Part shown: positions 47,161 to 56,215 of the stretch, piece by piece
How the letters are laid out: each line of letters opens with the position of its first letter
Position numbering within the stretch: position 1 is the stretch's first letter
NCBI GenBank assembly: GCA_965222375.1
Contig: CBDCTZ010000016.1
Span: 2,656,001 to 2,720,000, forward strand
Direction: 5' to 3'
DNA: 64,000 nt
Source: Polyangiaceae bacterium
Lineage (GTDB): Bacteria > Myxococcota_A > Polyangia > Polyangiales > Polyangiaceae
Program-made: the position numbers and the translations under genes
Notes under the pieces: generated by a model
The model's database searches: none
Told to the model about the DNA's origin: nothing
What the model saw: only the letters and a program-made list of their open reading frames with translations

Positions 47161-48104
47161 CCGAGCCCATCGTTGTCACCGAGCACCTTTCCCGCTCTTT
47201 TGGGGCTCTCGTGGCCGTGCGCGACCTCAATCTGAGCGTGCAGCGCGGTGAGATTTTTGGGGTTCTGGGCCCGAACGGAGCCGGCAAGAGCACCACCATC
47301 CGCATGCTCTGCGGGATCCTCGACCCGAGCGGTGGGCGGGGCACCGTGGTCGGCTTCGACATCAAGCGCGACGCCGAGCGGATCAAAGAGCGCATCGGCT
47401 ACATGACCCAGCGCTTCAGTCTGTACGAAGACCTCTCGGTTCAGGAGAACCTATCCTTCTACGCAGGCATCTACGGCGTGCCTTTCCGCGGCCGGAGAGC
47501 ACGGGTCGCGGAAGTGATGGAGGCGACGGGTCTGACCCAACGTCGCAAGCAGCTGGCGGGCACGTTGTCCGGCGGATGGAAGCAAAGGGTCGCACTGGCG
47601 AGCGCGACTATTCATAATCCGCCGCTTCTGTTTCTGGACGAGCCTACCGCGGGTGTCGACCCCGTGAGCCGCCGAGAGTTTTGGGAGCAGATCCACCGAT
47701 TGAGCGCGGAAGGAACCACGGTGCTCATGACGACTCACTACATGGACGAGGCGGAGCGTTGCCACCGCCTGGCCTTCATCTTCAAGGGGTCGGTTTTGGA
47801 CGTGGGGAGTCCGGATGAAATCGTCGAGAGGCGAGGTCTCTCCGTGATCGAGTTGATGACGGACAATGCCATCGAAGCAGCGGACTTTTTGCGTGGGCAA
47901 GCCATCGTGGACGAGGTGGCGCCCTACGGTCACGTGTTGCGGGTCGCGACTTACGCTGCAGATGATGCAGAAGCCACGATCAAGAAATTGCTTGGCACGC
48001 AAGGAATCCAGGTCAGCCGGGTTCGGCAGGCGCGTACGACCGTGGAAGACGCCTTCGTCAGCATGGTGCGGGCTGAGCACCGGGGAGAAGAGGCCGCAGC
48101 ATGA
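47157..48104 (+). CDS. ABC transporter ATP-binding protein
   Basis: GPNGAGKST, LSGGWKQR, FLDEPT, TTH. Confidence 0.95.
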   Translation: MTEPIVVTEHLSRSFGALVAVRDLNLSVQRGEIFGVLGPNGAGKSTTIRMLCGILDPSGGRGTVVGFDIKRDAERIKERIGYMTQRFSLYEDLSVQENLSFYAGIYGVPFRGRRARVAEVMEATGLTQRRKQLAGTLSGGWKQRVALASATIHNPPLLFLDEPTAGVDPVSRREFWEQIHRLSAEGTTVLMTTHYMDEAERCHRLAFIFKGSVLDVGSPDEIVERRGLSVIELMTDNAIEAADFLRGQAIVDEVAPYGHVLRVATYAADDAEATIKKLLGTQGIQVSRVRQARTTVEDAFVSMVRAEHRGEEAAA

Positions 48105-49222
48105 ACAGTCGGCCGTGGGTGATCGCCCGCAAAGAGTTGCTTCAGCTTCGCCGAGACCGCCTCACCCTCGCCATGATGGTGGCGCTGCCAGTGATGCAGC
48201 TCTTGCTCTTCGGCTACGCGATCAATACGGACGTGCGCAACATCCCGACTATTGTTTACGACCAGGATCGGACGGCCGCATCTCGGGATCTCGTCCGCGG
48301 CCTCGCGGAAACCGGTTTCTACGACGTCGTAGGCAACGTCCGTGACTACTCGGAAATAGAGACCGCAGTGCGAAGTAGCAAAGCTCGGGTCGCCGTCGTG
48401 ATCCCGACTCGGTTTTCCTCGGACTTGAAACTGGGGCGGCCCACTCAAGTGCAGTTGATTGTCGATGGATCGGATCCCCAAACCGTCGCTAGTGCAACCA
48501 ACACTGCCGCGTCGTTGGTGGCAGCGCGTTCGGCAGAGCTAATGGTGCGGCGACTTGGGCAGAGTGGCGCACCTGCGCAGCCGATGCAGTTGGAACCTAG
48601 CACCTGGTACAACCCGGACTTGCGCACAGTCGTGTTCATCGTGCCCGGCCTCGTCGGTGTGATCTTGACGATGACCATGGTGATGCTGACGTCCATGGCC
48701 ATTGCCCGTGAGCGAGAACGCGGGACGCTGGAACAATTGATCGTTTCGCCGGTGCGAAACATCGAGCTGATCGTCGGAAAGATCGTCCCGTACATCGCAA
48801 TCGGCTACCTGCAGATGACGCTGATTCTGGTGGCCGGCAGCTGGGTATTCGACGTGCCCATCAACGGCTCTCTGCCATTGCTTTACGGCTTGGCCAGCGT
48901 GTTTATTGCCGCCAACCTGGCGATTGGTTTGTTTTTCTCGACCCTCGCCAAGACCCAGCAGCAGGCGATGCAGATGTCATTCTTCTTCTTGCTGCCGAAC
49001 ATCCTGCTCTCGGGCTTCATGTTCCCCTTCGAAGCCATGCCTGTGCCGGCGCAGTGGCTTTCGACGGGGCTCCCGCTGACTCACTTCTTGCGCGTCGTGC
49101 GGGGCATCACCTTGCGCGGCGCGGACTTCGCTGACTTGCAGATGGAGTTGGTGTGGCTCGTTGGAATCCTGGCCGCGCTCGTGACCCTCGCGTCCCTGCG
49201 CTTCACCAAGAAGCTGACCTGA
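48101..49222 (+). CDS. ABC-2 type permease
   Basis: KELLQLRRD, RERERGTLEQL, LSGFMFP. Confidence 0.93.
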   Translation: MNSRPWVIARKELLQLRRDRLTLAMMVALPVMQLLLFGYAINTDVRNIPTIVYDQDRTAASRDLVRGLAETGFYDVVGNVRDYSEIETAVRSSKARVAVVIPTRFSSDLKLGRPTQVQLIVDGSDPQTVASATNTAASLVAARSAELMVRRLGQSGAPAQPMQLEPSTWYNPDLRTVVFIVPGLVGVILTMTMVMLTSMAIARERERGTLEQLIVSPVRNIELIVGKIVPYIAIGYLQMTLILVAGSWVFDVPINGSLPLLYGLASVFIAANLAIGLFFSTLAKTQQQAMQMSFFFLLPNILLSGFMFPFEAMPVPAQWLSTGLPLTHFLRVVRGITLRGADFADLQMELVWLVGILAALVTLASLRFTKKLT

Positions 49223-49854
49223 TGTCTCGCCCTCGCAGTGACATCCGTCCGCGCATTCTGCGCGCTGCTCGCAAGAGCTTTCTACAGCACGGTGTTGCCG
49301 GGGCCTCGCTGCGCGAAATCGCGCGGCGCGCTCGAACCAGCATCGGGATGATCTACTACTACTTCAAGACCAAGGACGACCTGTTCCTGGCAGTCGTGGA
49401 AGAGCACTACGAGTCTGTGATTGCGGACTTGGAGGCGGCTCTGCAAGGGCCGGGGGATTTCGAAGAGCGCCTCGTCCGGATGTCGACGCGCATCGGCGAG
49501 CTCAAAGATCTGGAACTCGATACTCTCAAGCTGGTCTTGCGCGAGGCCATGGTCTCGAGCGCGCGAGTGCCTCGCTTGGTCGAGCGTTTCAAGCGAGGGC
49601 ACATCGGGCTCGTCGCCGCGGCTGTGGGTGAGGGCCTGGGCTCGGGCGCCCTTGCCGCCGGCCCACACCCCGGGCTCCTGGTGATGGCTACCTTGGCGGT
49701 CAGCGGAATGCCCCAAATCCTCAGGCGATTCATGGGCGACAACTTCCCCTTTTCCGATGCCCCGGCGGGGGAAGCCATGGCGCGACAGCTTGTCGGAATG
49801 CTGATGCATGGCATCGCGGCCGATGGCGACAATCCGAAAGAGGTAGAAGTATGA
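49222..49854 (+). CDS. TetR family transcriptional regulator
   Basis: ILRAA..F...G....SLREIA......GMIYYYFKTKDDL; TGATG coupling. Confidence 0.92.
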   Translation: MSRPRSDIRPRILRAARKSFLQHGVAGASLREIARRARTSIGMIYYYFKTKDDLFLAVVEEHYESVIADLEAALQGPGDFEERLVRMSTRIGELKDLELDTLKLVLREAMVSSARVPRLVERFKRGHIGLVAAAVGEGLGSGALAAGPHPGLLVMATLAVSGMPQILRRFMGDNFPFSDAPAGEAMARQLVGMLMHGIAADGDNPKEVEV

Positions 49855-51359
49855 ACTCACGTCTGTTGCCCCAAGTTACGATCGGGTTGTGCCTGACGCT
49901 CATCAGCGGCGTTGCCTCCGCGCAAGCCGAGCCAGCTACAGAAGAGCAGCCTGCCATCGAAGACCGGTCACCTGTGGAAGTGGCCGTGCCGAAGACGACA
50001 GATTTCGAAACGCGATTGCGTTCTATTGTCTCGCGCCCGGGCGGAATGACTGCTGTGAGTGCTGCTCGGATGGCGGAACGCACCAGCCTGGATGTAAAAG
50101 CGAAGCGTGCCGAAGTCGTGGCTGCGCAAGCTGAGCTAGACCGCGCGCTGGTCGCCTACGCTCCTCGGTTGACGCTGACCGCTCGCTACGTGCGTCTATC
50201 GCCCATTGACGAGCAGAGCTTTGGTCCGGACGGTGTCAATCTGGTCGCGACCCCCTCCGGGACAGGGCCTCTGCCACCGGGAGCCCCCCTGGTGGGCGTT
50301 CCCGGTTCCGCCTTGTCCTTTCCCGTCATTTTGGACCAGTACACACTCCAAGTAGGGCTGGTCGTGCCCGTGAGCGACTACCTGGTCAAGATCCCCAATA
50401 CTCGACGCGCTAGCGCTCGGCTCTCCCAAGGGGTCAGCATGGAACTGCTCGCAGCGCGTCGAGCGTCCCGAACGAACGGCAAGCTGCTGTACTACGAATG
50501 GGTGCGCGCGAAGCTGTCCCAAGTTGCGGCGAAACAGTCCGTTCAACAGGCCACTTCTCACCTCAAGGTCGTGGAAGCCCTCAAGCAAGCCGAGCGGGCG
50601 TCCAAGGCCGACGTGCTGCGGGCGCAAGCGCAGCTGGCGCGCGCCGAGCTGGTGGATACGCGCGCGTCCACTCTCGCCCGGCTCACCGAGGACCGGTTGC
50701 GTACGTCTTTGCACGACAAGTCGCGCAAGCCCTACGAGATAGGCGAAGACGTGTTCGCGACGCCACCGGCGACACCCGTGCGCAGCTCCAGCGCGCTGGT
50801 TGCGGAGGCATTGAAGAAGCGCCCAGAGCTTTCCGCCCTCGAGCGTTCTGGCTCCGCACTCTCTGCACGAGCGAAAGCGACGCGTTCTGCCGGTTATCCT
50901 CGCCTAGATGCGTTTGGTAACGTGTATTACGCAAACCCAAACCAACGATACGTGCCACAGTCCAAAGCCTGGCGTGCTACTTGGGACGTCGGAGTCCAGC
51001 TGACTTGGACGCCAAACGATTTCTTCAGCGCCTCCGCCGGCGCCGACGCTCTGCACGCGCGCCGCTCTGCGGTCGACGCTCAGTCATCCAGGCTTCGAGA
51101 TCAGATACGCACTGAGGTCGTCAACGCGCATGGCGCATTGACTGAGGCGACCAAGGCGGTTTCCGCGGCCCAGCGTGGCTTGGTCGCCGCAGAGGAGTCC
51201 TACCGAGTGCAATCGGAGCTATTCCGGTTCGGGCGTGCCACCTCAGTGGCGTTGACGGATGCGGAAACTGAGCTCCTGCAGGCTCGCCTCGAGGCCATCA
51301 ACGTGCGTGTTGACTGGCGGGCGGCTCGAGCCCGCCTCGACCACGCTCTGGGGCGCTGA
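49851..51359 (+). CDS. TolC family outer membrane efflux protein
   Basis: Signal peptide, duplicated OEP repeats (P.L.L, RPEL, G.AT...L.DA). Confidence 0.85.
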   Translation: MNSRLLPQVTIGLCLTLISGVASAQAEPATEEQPAIEDRSPVEVAVPKTTDFETRLRSIVSRPGGMTAVSAARMAERTSLDVKAKRAEVVAAQAELDRALVAYAPRLTLTARYVRLSPIDEQSFGPDGVNLVATPSGTGPLPPGAPLVGVPGSALSFPVILDQYTLQVGLVVPVSDYLVKIPNTRRASARLSQGVSMELLAARRASRTNGKLLYYEWVRAKLSQVAAKQSVQQATSHLKVVEALKQAERASKADVLRAQAQLARAELVDTRASTLARLTEDRLRTSLHDKSRKPYEIGEDVFATPPATPVRSSSALVAEALKKRPELSALERSGSALSARAKATRSAGYPRLDAFGNVYYANPNQRYVPQSKAWRATWDVGVQLTWTPNDFFSASAGADALHARRSAVDAQSSRLRDQIRTEVVNAHGALTEATKAVSAAQRGLVAAEESYRVQSELFRFGRATSVALTDAETELLQARLEAINVRVDWRAARARLDHALGR

Positions 51360-51370
51360 GGAAAACCAGT

Positions 51371-51390
51371 CTGGCTGCACGATTGCAGCC
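51371..51390 (+). promoter_or_regulatory. Hairpin that also fits a sigma54 -24/-12 element
   Basis: CTGGCTGCACGATTGCA (GG-N10-GC) within palindrome GGCTGCA-N4-TGCAGCC. Confidence 0.35.
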
Positions 51391-51477
51391 CTCGTACAAA
51401 ATCTTTTTAGTTTCAGGCGTTTATCGACCTGTGCTCCAGTGTGGGACGATGTAGGCTTGTGTCTAGGAAGGCGACAC

Positions 51478-53190
51478 ATGGATCCACGCATGGTGCTCGA
51501 CGAACAAACCACGACGATGCCCGCGCTGCGGGAATCGCAGAAGGGACCCGCAGAGCACCGCTACGGTGAGCTTTCGACAGACCCTCACACCTTGTTCGCC
51601 GGAGTTCAGAGCGTGATTCCGGAAGACGATGACGACGACGAAAACGTCTTCACGAAGCAACTCATTCGGTCCGTGCGTTCCGACACATCCGTGACCGTGC
51701 CTCGATCCTTCGCCCCAACCGGGCGCGGGAACCTGCCACCCTTGCCCAACTTGCCACAAGCACGCCCGGTGCAATACACGCTGCCGCCCGTACCGGTGTT
51801 TCCGAGGCTGGAGGAGCGCGACGATGTCGCGTCGGAGCCGGCTCCGCGCCCGCCCCCCACCGCCTCGGTGCCCGCGCCTCGCCCGCTGCCCGCAGTGGCA
51901 CTTCCCGCCCCCTCGCCAGCTGCGTCGGGGGTTCCGGGTCCGTCTCCGGTATCCGCGCCGCGCCCGCCCCCCACCGCCTCGGTGCCCGCGCCTCGCCCGC
52001 CGCCCGCAGTGGCACTTCCCGCCCCCTCCCCACCGCCAGCTGCGTCGGGGGTTCCGGGTCCTTCTCCGTTGCCCGCCCCCCGACTCACCCCTGTTCCCGA
52101 GTACGACGCCGCGCGCGCCGCTGGGCAGCGCCCATCCGCCCCTGCGCCGGCACCGCCGCCTGGCACTGCCTCAGCCCCGGAGCCCGAGGCGCTCTTCGAG
52201 GTTTTCGATCCACGTAAGCAGCCGTCGGCGCGGCGCCCCGGCTACGTGGAAGCCTATGCTCCCTGGCCTCAAGAGCCGCCTGCCAAATCCGAGGCGCTGA
52301 TTACCTTTGCCAAGGGCTGGGGACCCCCGCCCCGGGAAACCCAGGCGAGTGAATCAGTCATCGACCTCGCCCAGGCTGTGGGCTTTCGCCGCGGGCTGAG
52401 CCGGCTGTTCGGACCAGCCACGGATGCACGGCGATACATGCTGTTTGGCTTTGCCGCCGGCCTGGTTGGAATGATCATCGTATGCGTCGTGGCGCTCACC
52501 GTGCGCGCCCAGGATGCCCGAACCGCCGAGATGACGCGCACGGTCGCCGCTACGGATGATGACGGCTATACGGTGGTGCAGGCAACGGTGTTCGTGGATG
52601 GCGTGGCGCGTTGCTTCGAGCTGCCCTGCACCCTGACCCTCGAGCGCCAGCGGCAGTGGCTGACCGTTCGCTCCAACAACCACGAGTCTCCGCCAGCTCG
52701 CCTTCTGGAGCGCGGTGCGGGGCCAGCAGCGATTCATTTGGAAATGAGGCGCAGCAAGCGCGTCTTGCCGCCTCTGCCGCCAGAACTCGCGCCCAAAGCC
52801 GCGACCGCTCAGCCGCCGACCCTCAGTCCTGCGGCCGCGCCGCGTCCTCCGGCGCCCGTCGCGGCCGCTCCGGTGGTGGCGCCCACGCCCCAGCCGACCA
52901 CCGGCGCCGCTCCTGCTCGGGCGGTGCCAGTGGCAGCAGCACCTGCGCCCGCGCCCGCGGTGGTCAAAACAAGACCGGTTGCCAAGGCTCCTGGCAAGTT
53001 GAACATCAACTCGATCCCCGCGTCCCACGTCGTGCTCGATGGCCGCCCCCTGGGCCAGACCCCGCGTCTTGGCGTTCGCGTCAGCCCTGGCCGGCACACG
53101 GTGATGTTCATCAATGGTGAAAAGCGGGCGGTTCGCGCATTCTCGGTCCTGCCCGGCGCGACCAAAGTAATCTCTGCGCGCCTCAAGTAG
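51478..53190 (+). CDS. Pro-rich single-TM protein with PEGA-like domains
   Basis: TM MLFGFAAGLVGMIIVCVVAL; ATVFVDG...LPC and LNINSIP.SHV.LDG..LG.TP. Confidence 0.75.
   Translation: MDPRMVLDEQTTTMPALRESQKGPAEHRYGELSTDPHTLFAGVQSVIPEDDDDDENVFTKQLIRSVRSDTSVTVPRSFAPTGRGNLPPLPNLPQARPVQYTLPPVPVFPRLEERDDVASEPAPRPPPTASVPAPRPLPAVALPAPSPAASGVPGPSPVSAPRPPPTASVPAPRPPPAVALPAPSPPPAASGVPGPSPLPAPRLTPVPEYDAARAAGQRPSAPAPAPPPGTASAPEPEALFEVFDPRKQPSARRPGYVEAYAPWPQEPPAKSEALITFAKGWGPPPRETQASESVIDLAQAVGFRRGLSRLFGPATDARRYMLFGFAAGLVGMIIVCVVALTVRAQDARTAEMTRTVAATDDDGYTVVQATVFVDGVARCFELPCTLTLERQRQWLTVRSNNHESPPARLLERGAGPAAIHLEMRRSKRVLPPLPPELAPKAATAQPPTLSPAAAPRPPAPVAAAPVVAPTPQPTTGAAPARAVPVAAAPAPAPAVVKTRPVAKAPGKLNINSIPASHVVLDGRPLGQTPRLGVRVSPGRHTVMFINGEKRAVRAFSVLPGATKVISARLK
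51844..52077 (+). repeat. Intragenic tandem duplication, 114-bp period
   Basis: PRPPPTASVPAPRP.PAVALPAPSP..AASGVPGPSP occurs twice, starting 51844 and 51958. Confidence 0.85.
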
Positions 53191-53246
53191 GCCCCGGCCG
53201 AAGCGGAGTTGGACAACAACTCGGGCTGGAACGACAATCGAAAACA

Positions 53247-55214
53247 ATGCTGCAGATCGTCAAAGTGGTGTTGTTCAAGCACGGCATCGGGTTCTTCGAG
53301 CGCCAAGGGGAAGTGAAAGACGACGTCGCCGTCGACCTGCACTTCAGAGCTTCCGAAATGAACGACGTGCTCAAGTCGCTCACGGTCTTGGACCTGGCGG
53401 ATGGGCACGTAGCGAGCATCAGCTACGAATCGACGCTACCGACGGAGAAGCGGCTGGAGGAAATCGCCTTTCGGCTGCCGGATGGCCACGGCATGAGCGG
53501 TTTGCTCGAGCAGCTCAAAGGCGCGCGGGCCGAAGTCGACATAGGTAGCGAGACCGTTCCAGGAACGATTGCTGGGCTGGAAACGGAATGGCGGCGGGTC
53601 GAGCGAGAAAACTTCAGCAAGCATCGCCTCGTCCTGATGGGAAACGACGCGAGCATGCAGGCCTTCGACCTAGAGGAGCTGAAACAGGTTCGACTCCTGG
53701 ATGACAGCGTCAAGAAGGACCTGCAGCACCTATTGGATGTTCTCATCGGTAGCAAGAAGAAGGATATCAAGCGCCTGACGATTTTCGCCCGCGGCAAGGG
53801 TGAGCGGCCACTGGTGGCCAGCTACGTCGTGGAAACGCCGGTCTGGAAGACGTCTTATCGAATGATCCTCGCTGAGCCGGAACCGCTGATTCAAGGCTGG
53901 GCGTTGATAGATAACACCCAGGACGAAGATTGGACTGACGTGCGTCTCCGCTTGGTCGCTGGGCTGCCCGTCTCATTCGTGCACGACCTGTATTCACCTC
54001 GCTACCGGCGTCGTCCGGAAGTGCAGGTCGACGAGGAAGAAGCCTACGCTCCGCCGCTCGTGGAGGACATGCTCTATGAAGCGGAGGTCGCCGAGGAAGC
54101 GCCAGCCGTGGCAGGAGCTGCGCCGCAAGGTTTTGGGCTGCCGCCGCCACCGCCCGCCGCGGCGCCCGCGCGCCAGAGTCCGCGCAGGCGAGCGGCGGCC
54201 GTCGCCAAGTCCGTCAAGGTGCAGACTCGCACCAAGAAGGTAGGCGATTTGTTCGAATACGCCATCGAGCGGCCCGTCACCGTCAAACGTGGCGAGTCGG
54301 CCTTGGTTCCGATTCTGTCGTCTGCGTTCAAGGGCAAGCGCGTGGTCCTCTACAATCGCGACACGCGCGAAGACAACCCCTTGTCGGCGGTTCTATTCGA
54401 AAACACGACCGGTTTGACCCTCGAGGGTGGACCCGTGACGGTTCTTGAAGGGGAGCGGTACTTAGGCGAGTCCATGCTCGAGACCGTGAAGCCCGGGGAC
54501 GAACGCATCGTCCCATACTCTGTCGAGCTCGCTTGCACCGTCGCGGTCGACCACGAGTCAGGCTTGAGCACAGTCGCGCGCACACGCATTGCTGGGGGCG
54601 TTCTCGAATTCTTGAGATACCGAGAGTTGAAGACCATCTACCGCATCAACAACAAGACCGACTCGGACCTGGACCTCTTTTTGGATCACCGCTTTCAGCG
54701 AGGATTCGAACTTGCGGACACGCCCGAGCCCAACGCCGTTACCGAGAACTACCGCCGCTTTCGCTTCGATGTGCCGAAGCGCGGCAAACACACCTTCGTG
54801 GTCAAAGAACGCGGGGACGAGCGTCAGACCATCGGGGTTGCCAGTCTGACGCGCGAGCAAGTCGAGGTGTGGGTCGAGAGCGAAACCATCGATGCCGCTG
54901 CGCGTGCGGCCCTGGATGGAGTTCTGGGTTTGAACGACTTGGTTCGAGAATTGAATGCGGTGCTGGCTCAACAAGAACGCGAAGTGAAGCGCATTCAAGA
55001 CAACCAGAAGCGGGTGCGGCAGAACCTCCAGTCTTTGGGGGACAGCAAAGATGAACGGGCACTGCGGGAACGCTACGTAGCCGAACTCAGTCAGGAGGAG
55101 GACACGTTGAAGGATCTGTCCACGGCGATCGTACAGGCGCAGCGGGAGCGAGAACGCTTGGTGGCCGAACTGCAGAAGACGGTTAGAGAACTCTCCTTCG
55201 AGTCGAAGGCGTGA
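53247..55214 (+). CDS. DUF4139-like protein
   Basis: VVLFKHG.G.FER, NDVLKSL, SY..ETPVWKTSYR, DNT..EDW..V.L, coiled-coil C-terminus. Confidence 0.7.
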   Translation: MLQIVKVVLFKHGIGFFERQGEVKDDVAVDLHFRASEMNDVLKSLTVLDLADGHVASISYESTLPTEKRLEEIAFRLPDGHGMSGLLEQLKGARAEVDIGSETVPGTIAGLETEWRRVERENFSKHRLVLMGNDASMQAFDLEELKQVRLLDDSVKKDLQHLLDVLIGSKKKDIKRLTIFARGKGERPLVASYVVETPVWKTSYRMILAEPEPLIQGWALIDNTQDEDWTDVRLRLVAGLPVSFVHDLYSPRYRRRPEVQVDEEEAYAPPLVEDMLYEAEVAEEAPAVAGAAPQGFGLPPPPPAAAPARQSPRRRAAAVAKSVKVQTRTKKVGDLFEYAIERPVTVKRGESALVPILSSAFKGKRVVLYNRDTREDNPLSAVLFENTTGLTLEGGPVTVLEGERYLGESMLETVKPGDERIVPYSVELACTVAVDHESGLSTVARTRIAGGVLEFLRYRELKTIYRINNKTDSDLDLFLDHRFQRGFELADTPEPNAVTENYRRFRFDVPKRGKHTFVVKERGDERQTIGVASLTREQVEVWVESETIDAAARAALDGVLGLNDLVRELNAVLAQQEREVKRIQDNQKRVRQNLQSLGDSKDERALRERYVAELSQEEDTLKDLSTAIVQAQRERERLVAELQKTVRELSFESKA

Positions 55215-55777
55215 GGGTGGGCGAGATGCGTCCACGCCCCACGGAACTGAAGGACGTGTTGCTGATTGAAGGAAAACGCCTTGGGGACGAGCGTGGCTAC
55301 TTCATGGAGACGTTTCGCAGCTCGACCCTCGAAGCGGTGGGTGTGAGCGCACGTTTCGTTCAGGACAACGAGTCCCTCTCGGCCGCGCCTGGGACGCTTC
55401 GAGGGCTGCACTTTCAGGTCTCACCCAAAGCACAGGGCAAGCTCGTTCGGGTTGTCCACGGCTCGGTGCTGGATGTGGCGGTGGATGTGCGACGAGGCAG
55501 CAAGAGCTTCGGCCGCCACGTTGCCGTGGAACTCAGCGCCGACCAAGCGAACCAAGTCTGGGTGCCCCCAGGTTTCGCTCACGGCGTTTGTACCTTGGAG
55601 CCGGACACGATCGTCGCCTACAAGGTGACGGAGTATTGGTCCCCGGAGCACGAGCGGACACTGCGCTACAATGATCCTGAGCTGGGGATCCCTTGGCCCT
55701 TCGCCGAGAACGAAATCACCATCAATCCGCGGGATCGCGATGCCCCTCTGCTGTCCGAGCTTGCTGACGGTTGCTAG
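55211..55777 (+). CDS. rfbC: dTDP-4-dehydrorhamnose 3,5-epimerase
   Basis: DERGYFME, QDNES.S, GTLRGLHFQ, DVAVD.R..S, PPGFAHG, YK. Confidence 0.95.
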   Translation: MRVGEMRPRPTELKDVLLIEGKRLGDERGYFMETFRSSTLEAVGVSARFVQDNESLSAAPGTLRGLHFQVSPKAQGKLVRVVHGSVLDVAVDVRRGSKSFGRHVAVELSADQANQVWVPPGFAHGVCTLEPDTIVAYKVTEYWSPEHERTLRYNDPELGIPWPFAENEITINPRDRDAPLLSELADGC

Positions 55778-55784
55778 ACGAGGT

Positions 55785-56198
55785 TCACGCGCGCTCGGCG
55801 CGCTCTTCCCAGCCGTCCCAGCCCACGTGCAGATCCTCACCCCGGAGTAGGGCCTTCATGACGTCGGTCGGACTCACGACCCCCACCAGCTCACCGGCGC
55901 TGTTCAGCACCAGGACGCGGTGACTCCCGGTTTCGACCATACGCTTGGCAGCGTAGAGGGCATGATCGGTGTCCATCACCGCAAACAGCACGGGCGCCAT
56001 GGCGTCGGAGACGTCTTTGCCGCTATCCGTCGCCAGCAAAGCCGTGGTGGAGAGCACTCCGACGATGTTCCCGGACTCGTCCTCCACGGGCGCGCCGTGC
56101 ACGCCGCGCAAGATGAGTTCCAATGCTGCCTGCTCCACAGGGGCTTCTGCGCGCAGGGTGAGCACCTCTTTCGTCATGATGTCCGCGACGGTCTTCAT
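55785..56198 (-). CDS. CBS-domain pair protein
   Basis: MKTVADIMTK, APV.D..G..VG.LS, DAM, G.LVG.VS.TD. Confidence 0.85.
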   Translation of the reverse strand: MKTVADIMTKEVLTLRAEAPVEQAALELILRGVHGAPVEDESGNIVGVLSTTALLATDSGKDVSDAMAPVLFAVMDTDHALYAAKRMVETGSHRVLVLNSAGELVGVVSPTDVMKALLRGEDLHVGWDGWEERAERA

Positions 56199-56215
56199 GG
56201 GCTCACTATAGCCGA

